A DNA stretch of 63,790 nt, filler included, from Octopus bimaculoides (taxonomy: Eukaryota), in assembly GCF_001194135.2 (NCBI RefSeq). It is 7 parts of 6 records of this genome, joined end to end, with 100 filler letters (N's around TTAATTAATTAA, not from the genome) between each part and the next. Parts side by side here need not be neighbours in the genome. Positions count along the whole stretch, not along the records: positions 1 to 23,572 come from NC_068997.1; positions 23,673 to 33,440 come from NC_069007.1; 5 more parts are not named here. One strand, 5' to 3'. Shown here in pieces: positions 14,106 to 27,726 of the stretch. Position 1 is the first letter of the stretch. The number at the start of each line of letters is the position of its first letter. A model generated the notes under the pieces. It was not told where the DNA came from and searched no databases. It saw only the letters and a program-made list of their open reading frames with translations. The translations under genes were made by a program, and so were the position numbers.

Positions 14106-15072
14106 CGTTGTTTTCTTCATGATGCGTATTTCCCGTTATTATATATATATATATATNNNNNNNNNNNNNNNNNNNNNNNNNNNNNNNNNNNNNNNNNNNN
14201 NNNNNNNNNNNNNNNNNNNNNNNNNNNNNNNNNNNNNNNNNNNNNNNNNNNNNNNNNNNNNNNNNNNNNNNNNNNNNNNNNNNNNNNNNNNNNNNNNNNN
14301 NNNNNNNNNNNNNNNNNNNNNNNNNNNNNNNNNNNNNNNNNNNNNNNNNNNNNNNNNNNNNNNNNNNNNNNNNNNNNNNNNNNNNNNNNNNNNNNNNNNN
14401 NNNNNNNNNNNNNNNNNNNNNNNNNNNNNNNNNNNNNNNNNNNNNNNNNNNNNNNNNNNNNNNNNNNNNNNNNNNNNNNNNNNNNNNNNNNNNNNNNNNN
14501 NNNNNNNNNNNNNNNNNNNNNNNNNNNNNNNNNNNNNNNNNNNNNNNNNNNNNNNNNNNNNNNNNNNNNNNNNNNNNNNNNNNNNNNNNNNNNNNNNNNN
14601 NNNNNNNNNNNNNNNNNNNNNNNNNNNNNNNNNNNNNNNNNNNNNNNNNNNNNNNNNNNNNNNNNNNNNNNNNNNNNNNNNNNNNNNNNNNNNNNNNNNN
14701 NNNNNNNNNNNNNNNNNNNNNNNNNNNNNNNNNNNNNNNNNNNNNNNNNNNNNNNNNNNNNNNNNNNNNNNNNNNNNNNNNNNNNNNNNNNNNNNNNNNN
14801 NNNNNNNNNNNNNNNNNNNNNNNNNNNNNNNNNNNNNNNNNNNNNNNNNNNNNNNNNNNNNNNNNNNNNNNNNNNNNNNNNNNNNNNNNNNNNNNNNNNN
14901 NNNNNNNNNNNNNNNNNNNNNNNNNNNNNNNNNNNNNNNNNNNNNNNNNNNNNNNNNNNNNNNNNNNNNNNNNNNNNNNNNNNNNNNNNNNNNNNNNNNN
15001 NNNNNNNNNNNNNNNNNNNNNNNNNNNNNNNNNNNNNNNNNNNNNNNNNNNNNNNNNNNNNNNNNNNNNNNN

Positions 15073-15115
<43 letters not shown>

Positions 15116-15328
15116 TGTACTTTTGTATAGAAATATGTTGTGTGTAGTTTCATTATTTTTATGTTTATATGAACAAACTTGAATACATTGAAATACATGC
15201 ACATACATATACATATATACATATGTATGCATACGTGTGCCTATGTGTGCATGTGTTTGTCTGTGTGCATGTATAACATGTGTGTGTGTATGTACGCATT
15301 TATATGCAGTCGTCTATACAAACACACA

Positions 15329-15412
<84 letters not shown>

Positions 15413-15954
15413 TATTATGTGTGTATGTGTGTGAGAGAAAGGGTTAAGAGAAAAGAATTTGTATACACATGACATACATGTTAGTGTATTTATGAAATGA
15501 TATCGAAATAATTCAAAATGAATAAATCAAATCTTCACATCATATCTGTAATACGCACACGCACATACACCTATTAAAACTATATTAGCAGACGTGCGCC
15601 AACATGTAAACTCCTATACCCAACCCCAGTAAGAAGAAAAACAGCGAAGCGCGATGACTTTATGGTTAACCTTATTTCATTCTAATACATTAAGATCCCA
15701 CAAACGAATCAGTGTGTTGAAAATTTCACTGAGCTGAGATTATTCAAGAAATTCGCAGATTAAAAACCACCTCGGTGTATAAAATCTGGAAACTGCAATC
15801 AAGGGAGATAATTCCATTTAAATGAAATGATGGAAAATTTTTAGACTATATAGATATAATATTTACATGACATATTGAAATCTGTCGGAAACCTAAGAGC
15901 GCATAAGGTAGTAGCTTAAACTGGTTGTTATGGCATATAAACGAGTGAGATCAC

Positions 15955-16105
15955 AACCATCCCCTTTTCTGAAGGGGACGCCGGTCAGTCGAAAGGCTAA
16001 CACACCAGCTATTGCGGGAAATTGATACCTGAAAGGACAGGTGTGATGGTAAATAAGGCGTTTTGTTCAAGTACAAAACATACCACTCTGTTCGGGAATG
16101 ACTAA
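15955..16105 (-). mobile_element. Highly decayed SINE
   Basis: ggggacgccggtcagtcgaaaggcta and ttttgttcaagtacaaaaca..gggaatga resemble the reverse complement of tRNA-SINE head and central motifs. Confidence 0.45.
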
Positions 16106-16164
16106 TGATTAAAGATAGTGATGAATGATCGTACTGATGAATGAATAATGATACTGATTAATTA

Positions 16165-16728
16165 TTGGTATTAGCAGAGAGTAGTGTCAGAGGTAGTGGA
16201 CTTGGTAAAGTTGAACGGACGGTGATGGTAGATGTTTAGGTGGTGGTTGTGTTAGTTTATGTTGGTAGTGGCTGATGCGGTAGTGGTCGTGATTGAGGAG
16301 ATATAGTGGTTAATGTAGTGGCTTTGCGTTAGTGGTAGTCGAGATTGTAGTGATAGTGGTTGAATAGGTGATCGTGTAGTGTCGATGTATTGTTGTTGGT
16401 AGTGGTAGCTGTGGTGGTGGTGGTGGTGGTGGCAGAAGTGGTGCTGGTGGTTGAAGACGGAGTGTTTGAGGAGGTGATTCTGAGAGTCTTGACGTTAGTA
16501 TTAGCTCTGTGGTTGAGGAGGTGGTTTGAATTGCACTTGTGGCGATGTTTATATGGCAGGTTGTGGTGGTTGTGGTAGTGGTGGTGGTGAGTGTGTTAGT
16601 TGAGGTGATGTGGAGGTTATAGGGCTAGGTGAAATTTAAAGTGGTTGAGATGGCAGTTGCGGTGGTAGTATTGACTGTGGCAAGGGGGGTGTATATGGTT
16701 TTTGAGATGATAGATGGCATTTGTGGTA
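16165..16728 (+). repeat. Diverged duplicate of 13433-13995
   Basis: Colinear match, e.g. tagtgtcagaggtagtggacttggtaaagtt, gattgaggagatatagt, taggtgaaattt, tgtggcaagggggg. Confidence 0.92.
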
Positions 16729-17392
16729 AGTGCCATACCTTAACTACTAGGTCAGGTGGTTTCACACACTTGTATTGCACTACATTATTTCTTCCTGTCG
16801 AATTTCAATCACAACGCTTATGTTGCCCCAAAACAATGGGAAAGGAAACTAACCCAAAATACTACACAATTTGATCAACACCGAGGTTTCTTGGTTGCAA
16901 ATCTATAATTTCTTGATTATTAGCCATTCGAGTGGTCATGCTGTTACTATATGCCAGGCATAATTCGAGAAAACTATGGCCAAAAACTCGTACGAGATTC
17001 CTGTGACATTTTCCAGAACGATATTTTAAACTCAATGAAAATTAGAGTTGCATTAAAAAAAAAATCTAGGCGGCAAATTTTCCCTGGTATAGGCGCTATA
17101 TGTATTTTCATTAATTATATCTTAGTTTAATGATTGTGTTATATAATATTTCTTTTAATTATCCATAATTAATGGATGTTTATATAACTTTTAATGCTGA
17201 CCCTGGTAACAATGTATGCCCTGTTCGCCCCTCCCACGTTTTCATATAACAGTGATTTGTCCAGCAGCAAATGTTTTTAAAAGATTTATCCTTAAACTAC
17301 TACGTTTAGGAAAAATGAACTTAGCGACAGACTAAATAATGTACAGCTTTGCTATTGCAGTTGTTGTTGTTATTATTACTATTATTATTATT

Positions 17393-17880
17393 GAGTGAGA
17401 GAGCAGTTGATGCCATCAAAGTGACACTGGGGTAAAATATACGAAGCCCAATATACTCATCATGACTACCCGTCTGATAAGGGTACACCAGGCACATGCG
17501 TCACAACCATATGTGCGTGACATGGTGATCTCATATCAGGATAAATGGCGCATGACCTCGCAGGTGGGACCCAGTTAGAATTTTTTTTCATGTCGAGTAG
17601 CTCATCCTGCTCAAAAAGTCCCTGAATAAGGTTTGCTTAAGGATGTTGAGCAAAACACCCTCGTTTCTAAAGGTGAATTATTCAAACCCCAAAGACTACC
17701 TCTCAACACATGGCTATGATGCTGCCCCACTACTTCTGCTCGTGATCAGAAATGCACATATCGTCAGNNNNNNNNNNTCTGCTCGTGATCAGAAATGCAC
17801 ATATCGTCAGCCACCAAGGGACATGCTCAACTGGTTATGGTCAAACAACTGACAAGCAAATCTGTGGTATTAAGTAGAAT
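17393..17880 (-). mobile_element. ORF-less interspersed element 'F', copy 1 (3' end intact, about 95 bp shorter at the 5' end)
   Basis: Shared sequence with 57484-57780. Flanked by (TTA)n at about 17370-17392 and 17904-17985. A 33-bp duplication around the 10-N gap at 17768 is an assembly overlap. Strand is inferred from the (AAT)n tail orientation. Confidence 0.8.
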
Positions 17881-17903
17881 ATAATATATGTAATATAATA
17901 TAC

Positions 17904-17985
<82 letters not shown>

Positions 17986-17987
<2 letters not shown>

Positions 17988-18190
17988 GGCTGTGATTTGG
18001 TAGAATTGTTAGCACGCTGGGCAAAATGTTTAGCAGCATTTCAGCCGTCTTTGCGTTCAGAGTTCAAATTCGGCTGAAGTCGACTTTCATCCTTTCATGC
18101 TCGATTAAATAAGTACCAGTTACGTACTGGGGCCGATGTAATCGACTTAATCCCTTCCTCTACAATTGAGGCCTTGTGCTTCCAGTAGAA
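17986..18190 (+). mobile_element. SINE family C
   Basis: tgttagcacgctgggcaaaatg..agttcaaattcggctgaagtcgac..taagtaccagttacgtactgggg..gggccttgtg; shared with many copies in the window. Confidence 0.85.
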
Positions 18191-18363
18191 TGGATTACTC
18201 TTATTGTTGTTCTTAATTTCTATTTTTTTGGATAAAGGTTTCATTAGGAGATATAACCGAAAGTGTCTTAAACGTAGCGGTGCTGAATAGCCTTAATTGT
18301 AGCCGGGACGATCCAGTCGGCTTTTGGCTGCACATATGCTAGTATCACTCCCCTTTCGTTCTC

Positions 18364-18398
<35 letters not shown>

Positions 18399-18597
18399 AT
18401 CTTTCTTACGTAAATATGTATGTGTGTGTATATGTATGTAAATATATATGTGCGGTCTACCGAATGTTAGCAATTAAACTGAGCACTACGTGAATAAGTG
18501 TTGAATGTGAGTTCTTTTCTGTCTACTGGTCTACAATACATACAATACAAACACGCATCTACACAAACACACATAGACACATGCATGCATGTATATG

Positions 18598-18645
<48 letters not shown>

Positions 18646-18680
18646 CGTTCATATATATATACATAGATATATATATATAC

Positions 18681-18734
<54 letters not shown>

Positions 18735-20077
18735 TAAGAATCTTAAGTAAACAAATAGCTAATAATTTTAATCACTTCTCACATGCCCCACCAAGTTGTT
18801 TTCTGTTGCATTCATTACACGACAAAATCAAATCAAACGCAGTCACATGGCAGTCACATGCTATCAATATTAATTATATGGAAACTACACCTGCAAAAGA
18901 CATTAAATTAATGTAAAACAATTTCGAAAGAAATTACTCTTACCGATTCCATATACAGGGCTAAATGCAATGAGTAAAATATAGTCAGAAGTGTTTGCTA
19001 TTATATATATATAGGCTTTGTTGCAGCTTAAATATATTTTTTATGTTTTATGTGCAATAAGGTCTAATTTTTATGATATTTTATAATCGATTTAATCGAT
19101 TTAATTTGCAGCTCATAGTTTCCTCGTATGTTGTGAATGTATATAAAAAATGGCGCCTTTTGATATAAGTTTCATACGGGCCAATCGAAATTATTCTGAA
19201 ATCTTATTGATGAGACTAACCTGAAAGTGTGAGCAGGATTATGTAAGTTGAAGTATGTTTGAGACATATTTCGATAAACTCGAAACATCGATGTCTTGGA
19301 TTTCTAATAGATAGCGACAATGAACGAACAGTAAGAGAGATTTATTCTCCACGCTAATGGCAGCGTATTTGTCTTTTAGCAGTTGAAATGTGTGACCAAC
19401 ATACTTCAACTTTTCTAATTCTGCTCACACTTACATACAGCTTAGCGTTGACACTTCGTTATTAAGACGAATAATGTTCTTTTTTCTTTTAGAGAGGCGT
19501 GATTTGGAAACAAATTTTCACATTTTTCTCATAGATGAGTAGGATATAGAAGTTTTGACGCTTTCATACAGAACTTCATAATGACAACGTCTACTACGAA
19601 CATTTGTTAGGCATTTGAAACAGCAGAAACTTGTTACAGAACTAGAAGCGATCATAATTGACTTTGTAACTGGGTCAAAGGAACACAGGAAAACATAAAA
19701 AATGTAAGTGTGGCAACTAGAAAAAAAAAACAGAGATTAAATAAAATAAAACATATAGTTTTCTTTTTTTGCTGAAGGTTAAATAAAGTAAGACCAAATG
19801 TTTAAAGCAACAAGTACGATGCGAATGAGTTAAAAGAGAAAATACATGATAAGTGTTTGTACGAAGGCTTAAAACAAATACTGCAAAGTAGTAAGACACA
19901 TGTACCTTCTATATGAATCGAGGGAGAAAAGAGGGAGCAGTGACCAGAGGAGAAAGTAGGAAGTGTTAGCTGTGATAGAAGAGACTTAGAACAAAGGCAA
20001 AAAGAGAGTGAGAGAATAACAGCATGGGAGTGAAGGAGAGAGGGAGAGAGGAGGGTGAAGAAAGAAAGAAATAAATA

Positions 20078-20109
<32 letters not shown>

Positions 20110-21775
20110 AGAGATAGAGTACACGAAAGAAGAAAAATGAAAAATATGAGAAAAAGAAAGTCACAACTGATGCAACAAAACCTAACCTAGGAGCAAATTT
20201 GTCTGTGCGTCGGCAATCATAAAGGTAAGGATTCTGTACAAAAGATGATATGCGATCAATGAAACAAACGGAAAAAAAGTAGAAAGCAAATAGGTAGGGA
20301 TCAGCTGTCCAACTAAAGATTCTAGCAGTTTTGACGCTCTAACACAGACCTGCATCGACAACAATTGTTAGGCAATGATACAATGGGACCTAGATGAATT
20401 AGAAATCATAAAGTCCATGCAAGTGTCTCTACTCTTTGTTGTTCTATAGTTCCAAGTAAGCTCACGTCGAAGTGATCAATGCTATGAAATATACCAGATG
20501 TGACCATCTATTCTAAATCCAAGTATAATGTATCTGTGAGTGAATTGTTTTCTTTTTTTCTACTTGACACTCCAGCGTTATATGTCTGAAAAGAGATAAA
20601 GTTTATTCAAATTTCAAATACATTAACGATGCAGAAGATTACAGCTACAAAACATCATAAACACTACGACAAAAAATATATTTCGTGTAATTTCAAATAA
20701 GATTGGAAAAAAATGCAACTAAAGGGGAAATTGGACCAATTTAACTGACGAAAAAATTATAAGGCATTGTTTACTATTTAAGGAGCAGCATGTGATATGT
20801 CGGCAAATTGGGTTGTTTATAAATATGCATAAACATATTCGAGCTGGTTCTAACTTCATTTCTCTCTCAATCAGTGCATAGTGCATCTATCTATCTATCT
20901 ATCTATATATATATATATATATTTCTATATTCACACAAAGTCTCTCACTCACACATATATCACTGCAAATGCTAAATCAGGGTGAGATATTTCTATTTCA
21001 GATAAAATTTATATTAGATGTTTACTGTTAATTAAATCTCATCTTGACATCTCTTATCAAGACTACATATGTATAAATACTAACCAACTGTGATCGCCCC
21101 CTCCGATTTTTTTTTTTGTTCCTTAGTAGCAGCTCATATCGTGTTATAGTCAAAGGTGTTCTACATTAGATCAGGTCTATCCATTTTCAAAACATTACTT
21201 GAGATTCAGCTACTGTCACTGCGAAATAGATACATGTATTTCCTCTCAGTGATTCCATGTATCCTTAATATTTTAAACGACAAGATGAAATTTAAAAGAT
21301 GTTTGGCTGCTAATACTGGTAGGTGATATTTCAATGCGGAGGTATTCTCAACAATGTGTCATATATTTTCGAGTACTGACGCACTAAAATTTAAACGGTG
21401 TCTATTTTATTTTCTCTGTGTGTTTATTTAAAGCCATTAAAAGTTATAGTTTATTTCATTAACACGACTACTGTCGTGTGGAAGAACATGAATGTTACAC
21501 CTTATTTCACAATCATCCATTATATTTTGGAAAAATGTACATATTTACACGATTAAATATGTATCAAAGATATCTTTACGCTTTTACACTCTTACATTTG
21601 AACAATAAAACAAATTCCAATACAGTATATATAAATGAATACATATACATACGCATATAAATGTATATATACTTAAATATACATATATGCTTATATTTAC
21701 AGATACATGTGTATACACACACGCGCGCACGAACACATACATACATACATACATACATATATACATATATATGCA

Positions 21776-21814
<39 letters not shown>

Positions 21815-23364
21815 NNNNNNNNNNNNNNNNNNNNNNNNNNNNNNNNNNNNNNNNNNNNNNNNNNNNNNNNNNNNNNNNNNNNNNNNNNNNNNNNNNNNNN
21901 NNNNNNNNNNNNNNNNNNNNNNNNNNNNNNNNNNNNNNNNNNNNNNNNNNNNNNNNNNNNNNNNNNNNNNNNNNNNNNNNNNNNNNNNNNNNNNNNNNNN
22001 NNNNNNNNNNNNNNNNNNNNNNNNNNNNNNNNNNNNNNNNNNNNNNNNNNNNNNNNNNNNNNNNNNNNNNNNNNNNNNNNNNNNNNNNNNNNNNNNNNNN
22101 NNNNNNNNNNNNNNNNNNNNNNNNNNNNNNNNNNNNNNNNNNNNNNNNNNNNNNNNNNNNNNNNNNNNNNNNNNNNNNNNNNNNNNNNNNNNNNNNNNNN
22201 NNNNNNNNNNNNNNNNNNNNNNNNNNNNNNNNNNNNNNNNNNNNNNNNNNNNNNNNNNNNNNNNNNNNNNNNNNNNNNNNNNNNNNNNNNNNNNNNNNNN
22301 NNNNNNNNNNNNNNNNNNNNNNNNNNNNNNNNNNNNNNNNNNNNNNNNNNNNNATATATATACATATACATATGTATGCGTGCGTGTGAGTTTGTGTATA
22401 TATATATATATATATATGCACATAGATATGTATATACGCACAGAGCTATGTATACATATACATAAATGCACAAGTACACACGTATGCATGCACACACGCA
22501 CACATGTTGTCCCCTGAGCGCCAGGTTATTTAGACAACTTTACGCTGCTTCTTAGGCCATCACATATCGTGAGCAATTTCATAATCTTTATATCTTCAGG
22601 GCATTGTTTCACAAAAACTCACACAGCAAAATGATGGCCGCCAACGCCAAGAGAGTCTATTTTACTGTTTGTCATGATGCCAGATGACCCAGCAATGGCA
22701 ACAGAGCACATTCAACTATAGATCGATCAACAAATAAACGAACGAACTGCATTTTTTTGTTGTTTTTCCTACCTTTCTTTCTTTCTATCTTTATGTTTTT
22801 TCCTTTTTTTTTTCATTTCTGTGTCTTATATTTGTTGCGACCTTTTGCTACCGCGGTTACTGCTGCTGTTACTGCAGTGCTTACCAAACTTGGCCGATCG
22901 GTTACGATGTCCGCATCGCAATGCAACCATGAGGTCTCGGATTCACTTTATCCGCAAAGTATTCGGAACAAGTGACTTTTAACCTAACTACGAATCTACA
23001 AAAGATTTATGAATAAAACTTAGTTTGTCGGAACTGTGAGGAAGCCTGTTCCGATTGAAAATCTTTGTTATATTTTATGTAATCTTATCTGTAATTCTAC
23101 AAGTGTTAGAATTATTTGTAATCCTTTTCATAGGCTGTACAATAAAGCCAGCATTGTGTCACGTTCATTCTATCTGAAAATTACATTAAATGTACAAGTA
23201 AACCTTTTAGTTTTGTCGATGGCATAAATGGAATATTCGTCGTCGATACCGACGGACGATTCGTTTCCTTGTTGTTGCTATACAAGTCAACTTAAACTAG
23301 TCGCACACACACACACACACACACACATACACACACACATATATATATATATATGCTCTCTTTT

Positions 23365-23552
23365 TTCTCTTTTACTTGTTTCAGTTATTTGACTGCGACC
23401 ATGCTGGAGCACCGCCTTTAGACGAGCAAATCGACCCCAGGACTTATTCTTTGTAAGCCTAGTACTTATTGTTTCGGTCTCTTTTGCCGAACCGCTAAGT
23501 TACGGGGACCAGCATCGGTTGTCAAGCGTTGGTGGGGGAACAAACACAGACA
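23365..23552 (-). mobile_element. SINE segment family E
   Basis: Reverse complement of 39655-39855 and 49435-49626 (ttgacaacc..gtaacttagcggttcggcaaaagagacc..cagcatgg). Confidence 0.8.
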
Positions 23553-23572
23553 CAAACATATATATATATATA

Positions 23573-23672
23573 NNNNNNNNNNNNNNNNNNNNNNNNNNNN
23601 NNNNNNNNNNNNNNNNTTAATTAATTAANNNNNNNNNNNNNNNNNNNNNNNNNNNNNNNNNNNNNNNNNNNN
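23573..23672. other. Artificial 100-nt scaffold join (44 N + TTAATTAATTAA + 44 N); same 12-mer at 33485, 48833, 54238, 59004 and 61873
   Basis: Identical 12-mer with stops in all six frames, embedded in N runs, six times. Confidence 0.97.
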
Positions 23673-24037
23673 CGTCCAGTGGTTAGGGCAGCGGACTCGC
23701 AGTCATAGGATCGCAGTTTCGATTCCCAGACTGGGCGTTGTGAGTGTTTATTGAGTGAAAACACCTAAAGCTCCATGAGGCTCCGGCAGGGGATGGTGGC
23801 GAACCCTGCTGTACTCTTCCACCACAACTTTCTCTCACTCTTTCTTCCTGTTTCTGTTGTGCCTGTAATTCAAAGGGCCAGCCTTGTCACACTGTGTCAC
23901 GCTGAATATCCCCGAGAACTATGTTAAGGGTACACATGTCTGTGGTATGCTCAGCCACTTGCACGTTAATTTCATGAGCAGGCTGTTCCGTTGTTCGGAT
24001 CAACTGGAACCCTCGACATCGTAAGCAACGGTGTGCC
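23673..24037 (+). mobile_element. tRNA-derived SINE, family B
   Basis: cagtggttagggcagcggactc..gtttcgattccc head. Body nearly identical to 24858-25157 and 30182-30503. Confidence 0.9.
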
Positions 24038-24857
24038 TTGGTGGCTTAATTTATATAATTGCAATTTTGGCAAAATTGCATTATTACCTGATAAGGTAAA
24101 AATATTCCGTAGTGAAGTTACATAGTCATGGTTCGATTGCTACAATTTTCAGAAAATGTGACATTAATTGAATTTATACAATAAATCATATTTTAATCAG
24201 TATGTACATACATACATGTGTGTGTGTGTGTGTGTTTGAAATAAAAGACAAAAAATATCTTTGATATTTTAAGCCTTATAAAACATACACACATTTTGGT
24301 AAACCAGCTAACAAGATTACACGATCCTTTGGTGATATTATATACTCTTACTGATTCACCTCATCAGTATATTGTGGGCAATCAATGCAAGTTGATTTTC
24401 CAAAACACATTTTTTTATAAAGCTTAAAATACCAAACATATTTCCTATATTCTATTAATATTATTATGTAGCTCATGTTCTGCATATGAGCCTATCTCAT
24501 AGTTTGATGCCCCTCATCTAACTGCACTAGATACATAAGTGGAGGGTAAAAAAATTACTGCATTCTAACTTATGTTAAATGCCATGCTTTCGGGGGGGGG
24601 GGTGTATACCTTCTCTCTCTCTGAGAGATGTATATGGCTTATGCTGCAGAACATGCTCTTCATTGTCAGTTGGGTACAATAATAATCTTGGCATCTTCCT
24701 ATTCTATCATTTCCATCAATAATATCAAAGAGTACAGATGGTAACAATATTCAAATATTTAATATCACAAATGCATGCCTCTCTCTCTGCTACTAATTAA
24801 CTTAGTGTTAATATACTTAATACAGAAAGCATAAAGCTAAATAGATANNNNNNNNNN

Positions 24858-25157
24858 TGTGTTTATTGAGTGAAAACACCTAAAGCTCCATGAGGCTCCG
24901 GCAGGGGATGGTGGCGAACCCTGCTGTACTCTTTCACCACAACTTTCTCTCACTCTTACTTCCTGTTTCTGTTGCACCTGTAATTCAAAGGGTCAGCCTT
25001 GTCACACTCTGTGTCACGCTGAATATCCCCGAGAACTACGTTAAGGGTACACGTGCCTATGGAGTGCTCAACTATTTGCACGTTAATTTCACGAGCAGGC
25101 TGTTCCGTTGATCGGATCAACTGGAACCCTCGACGTCGTAAGCGACGGAGTGCCAAC
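24858..25157 (+). mobile_element. SINE family B (5' end lost in gap)
   Basis: Same body as 23673; ends gtaagcgacggagtgccaac. Confidence 0.9.
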
Positions 25158-26908
25158 ATGCTGCAGAACATGCTCTTCATTGTCAGTTGGGTACAATAAT
25201 AATCTTGGCATCTTCCTATTCTATCATTTCCATCAATAATATCAAAGAGTACAGATGGTAACAATATTCAAATATTTAATATCACAAATGCATGCCTCTC
25301 TCTCTGCTACTAATTAACTTAGTGTTAATATACTTAATACAGAAAGCATAAAGCTAAATAGATATAACTATTTGAAGATGAAAATGCAATATTAGTCAAT
25401 ATTGTTTTTAATGGGGAAGTTGGATAAGTACCAGAGACAACTTTAAATCAATTCCAGCCACATTATAATGACTCATCCCCTCCTACCATGCACTAGGTTT
25501 GCCTCTTCTCCTTGTCACCCTGGCTCCTGAAGATTACCAACCATATTACCATCTCACTCTCTTGTCCTTTCCACTAACAGCTGTATCATCTTTACTCCTC
25601 CCACTGCTTGACCTCCCCAACTCTCTTCTGCATAATTCTCTCTCTTCTAATTCATGGTGCTCGTCTGCCCTTTCTGGTAGTCTACCTCCCCATCTCCTTC
25701 CCATACAATGCCTTTTGGGGCCATGTAGACACATCATTGCCCTTATCTATCTCTTGCAGCTCCTACTGGTCACTTTCTCTTTCTTTCATCCTCTTTCTCC
25801 TACTAGATCTATGTAGCCATGTGGATCCTTCTACAAGAACCTGTACTGTCTCCCTCCCTTCTCACAGTTCAATCACCCCTCATCCACAAGCATGAGGCTG
25901 ATTCCTCCTTCCAGGGTTTTGTAGCTATGTGAGCTGCCTGACAACCTCAACAGTGCAAGTGGCATGAAAATAGCACCCAGTCAATGCTGCAAAGTGGTAG
26001 GCATTAGGAAAGACATTCAGTTCATAGAATTCATGCCAAAACAGACATTGAAGTATGATGCGATCCTTGGACGCATTGGATATTATCAATGCAAATGATC
26101 CATGTCAGCCTGGAACATGGATATTAAATATGATGATGATAATGTTGATACATACATACATGTATATACATTTATTTACATACACATACATATATGAATG
26201 TACAAACACGTAAATACATATATGTACATGCATGGAAATAAGTAAAAAAAAGTATAATGATATACACAATAATTAAAACCAAATATAATTAAAAAGAACA
26301 AAAGTATAAAAGATGACTGGTTTGGTTGAGTAAAGAGGGCTCCATGCCCCATTTTCTGTTTAACCATTTCTCAAATTGTGTACAAGTGCAACCGAATGTA
26401 CAGGTAAGCATTTTTTGAGACACAGGTGCTTAAAAATTCCGACTGTCTTGAGGAGTAATCTTTCTTAAATTTGGTATAACATCATAGTTTTAATTTTACT
26501 AATAATAAATCTTTTGAATGTTGTTTATTCTAGCTTCTTGTGGAACCACAGATGTAAGATTTTGTCTATTTACTTGTTTGATTTTCAAAGAATGGTCAAT
26601 CTTAGTAATGTTTATCATATCAGCATTTTCTTCCTTATTTTCCTGAGGAGGGGCATCAATGCCATTCTGAAGAAATTGTTCTGTCTCACTGTTTTTATTG
26701 TTCTATGTTGAATCTTCCTTCTTTGAGATTTGTTTCTTTGATAATCTTTTGTGTTTTCACTGATGATTAGTTGGTTTTTGTACACAACTATTATTTCTTC
26801 CTTATTGTGTGATGATGGCAGGATATTGTAGATTATCACTGTTAAGGAACAAGCTGTTTGCCAACTATTTCTGACACTCTGTATATTTCACTTGCCATTT
26901 CCTGAGTA

Positions 26909-26995
26909 GTAGTGTTATAGAAACTGGAATTTCTTGGTTGGTAGTGTTATGGAAACTGGAATATCTTGGTTGGTAGTGCTATGGAAACTGGGATT
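26909..26995 (+). repeat. 32-bp tandem repeat, about 2.7 copies
   Basis: gtagtgttat.gaaactggaat.tcttggttg at 26909, 26941 and 26973. Confidence 0.9.
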
Positions 26996-27029
26996 TTTTG
27001 ATATTTTACTTGTTTTTTTTTGCTTAGTC

Positions 27030-27330
27030 TTTCCAGTTCATCAAGGCAACCAATTCAAGTAATTCTTTCTATGACAAATGTATCATTAATACATCTCATG
27101 TATTCTATTGGGCACATTTCTGATATGGCTCTGTGGTTTTTGAGGTTCGTTAGCATTTGCAAATCCATTTTGACACCCTCTGACCATACATCGCTTTTTG
27201 TTAGCCTTCCTCTCACAACTTATCCATACTGTGATACAAAATAAAAGTAATGGCTTAACAATGGTCCATATCATTTCCAATGTCTCTTACTGTTACTCTA
27301 TTGTTTCTTTGATCTATGTACCAAGCTACA
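27030..27330 (-). mobile_element. Possible very old RT remnant
   Basis: Minus strand gives WSEGVKMDLQMLTNL, YMRCINDTFVI and LDELERLSKK, weakly RT-like. Confidence 0.25.
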
Positions 27331-27599
27331 AAGAAATATCCAAACAATGTCTCACAATTTCAGTTTTTGTTTTGGCTAAGCTTTCAGGTTTGAAGGAACA
27401 GCAGACAGTGCCTTAACTTTTGCCTTTTTCAATTGACAGAGTTTCTTCCAATATGTCATGGAGAGTTGGTTGTACTTAATGATTTGAGGAAAGATTTAGT
27501 CTGCTTCCATCTCTTTGTAAGTAGAGATATATAATTTTCTTCTTCACTCCCTCTCCTAGATAATTTCTTGTGATGAAGAAAGACTGTTAGGTTTTACTA

Positions 27600-27726
27600 A
27601 TTTCTCCTCAGGAAAATTGTTTTTCTGGTAACTGTACTAAGCCTAGAAGCTCAGTTTGTTCATTTCTCCTCAGGAAAATTGTTTTTCTGGTAACTGTACT
27701 AAGCCTAGAAGCTCAGTTTGTTCATT
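27600..27726 (+). repeat. Perfect 62-bp tandem duplication
   Basis: tttctcctcaggaaaattg..agctcagtttgttca at 27601 and 27663, with no gap in between. Confidence 0.95.

Noticed and set aside
19493-19690. Strong acceptor-like site with weak Harbinger-like residues (VTGS)
   Set aside because: All frames have early stops and the similarity is too weak to support a call.
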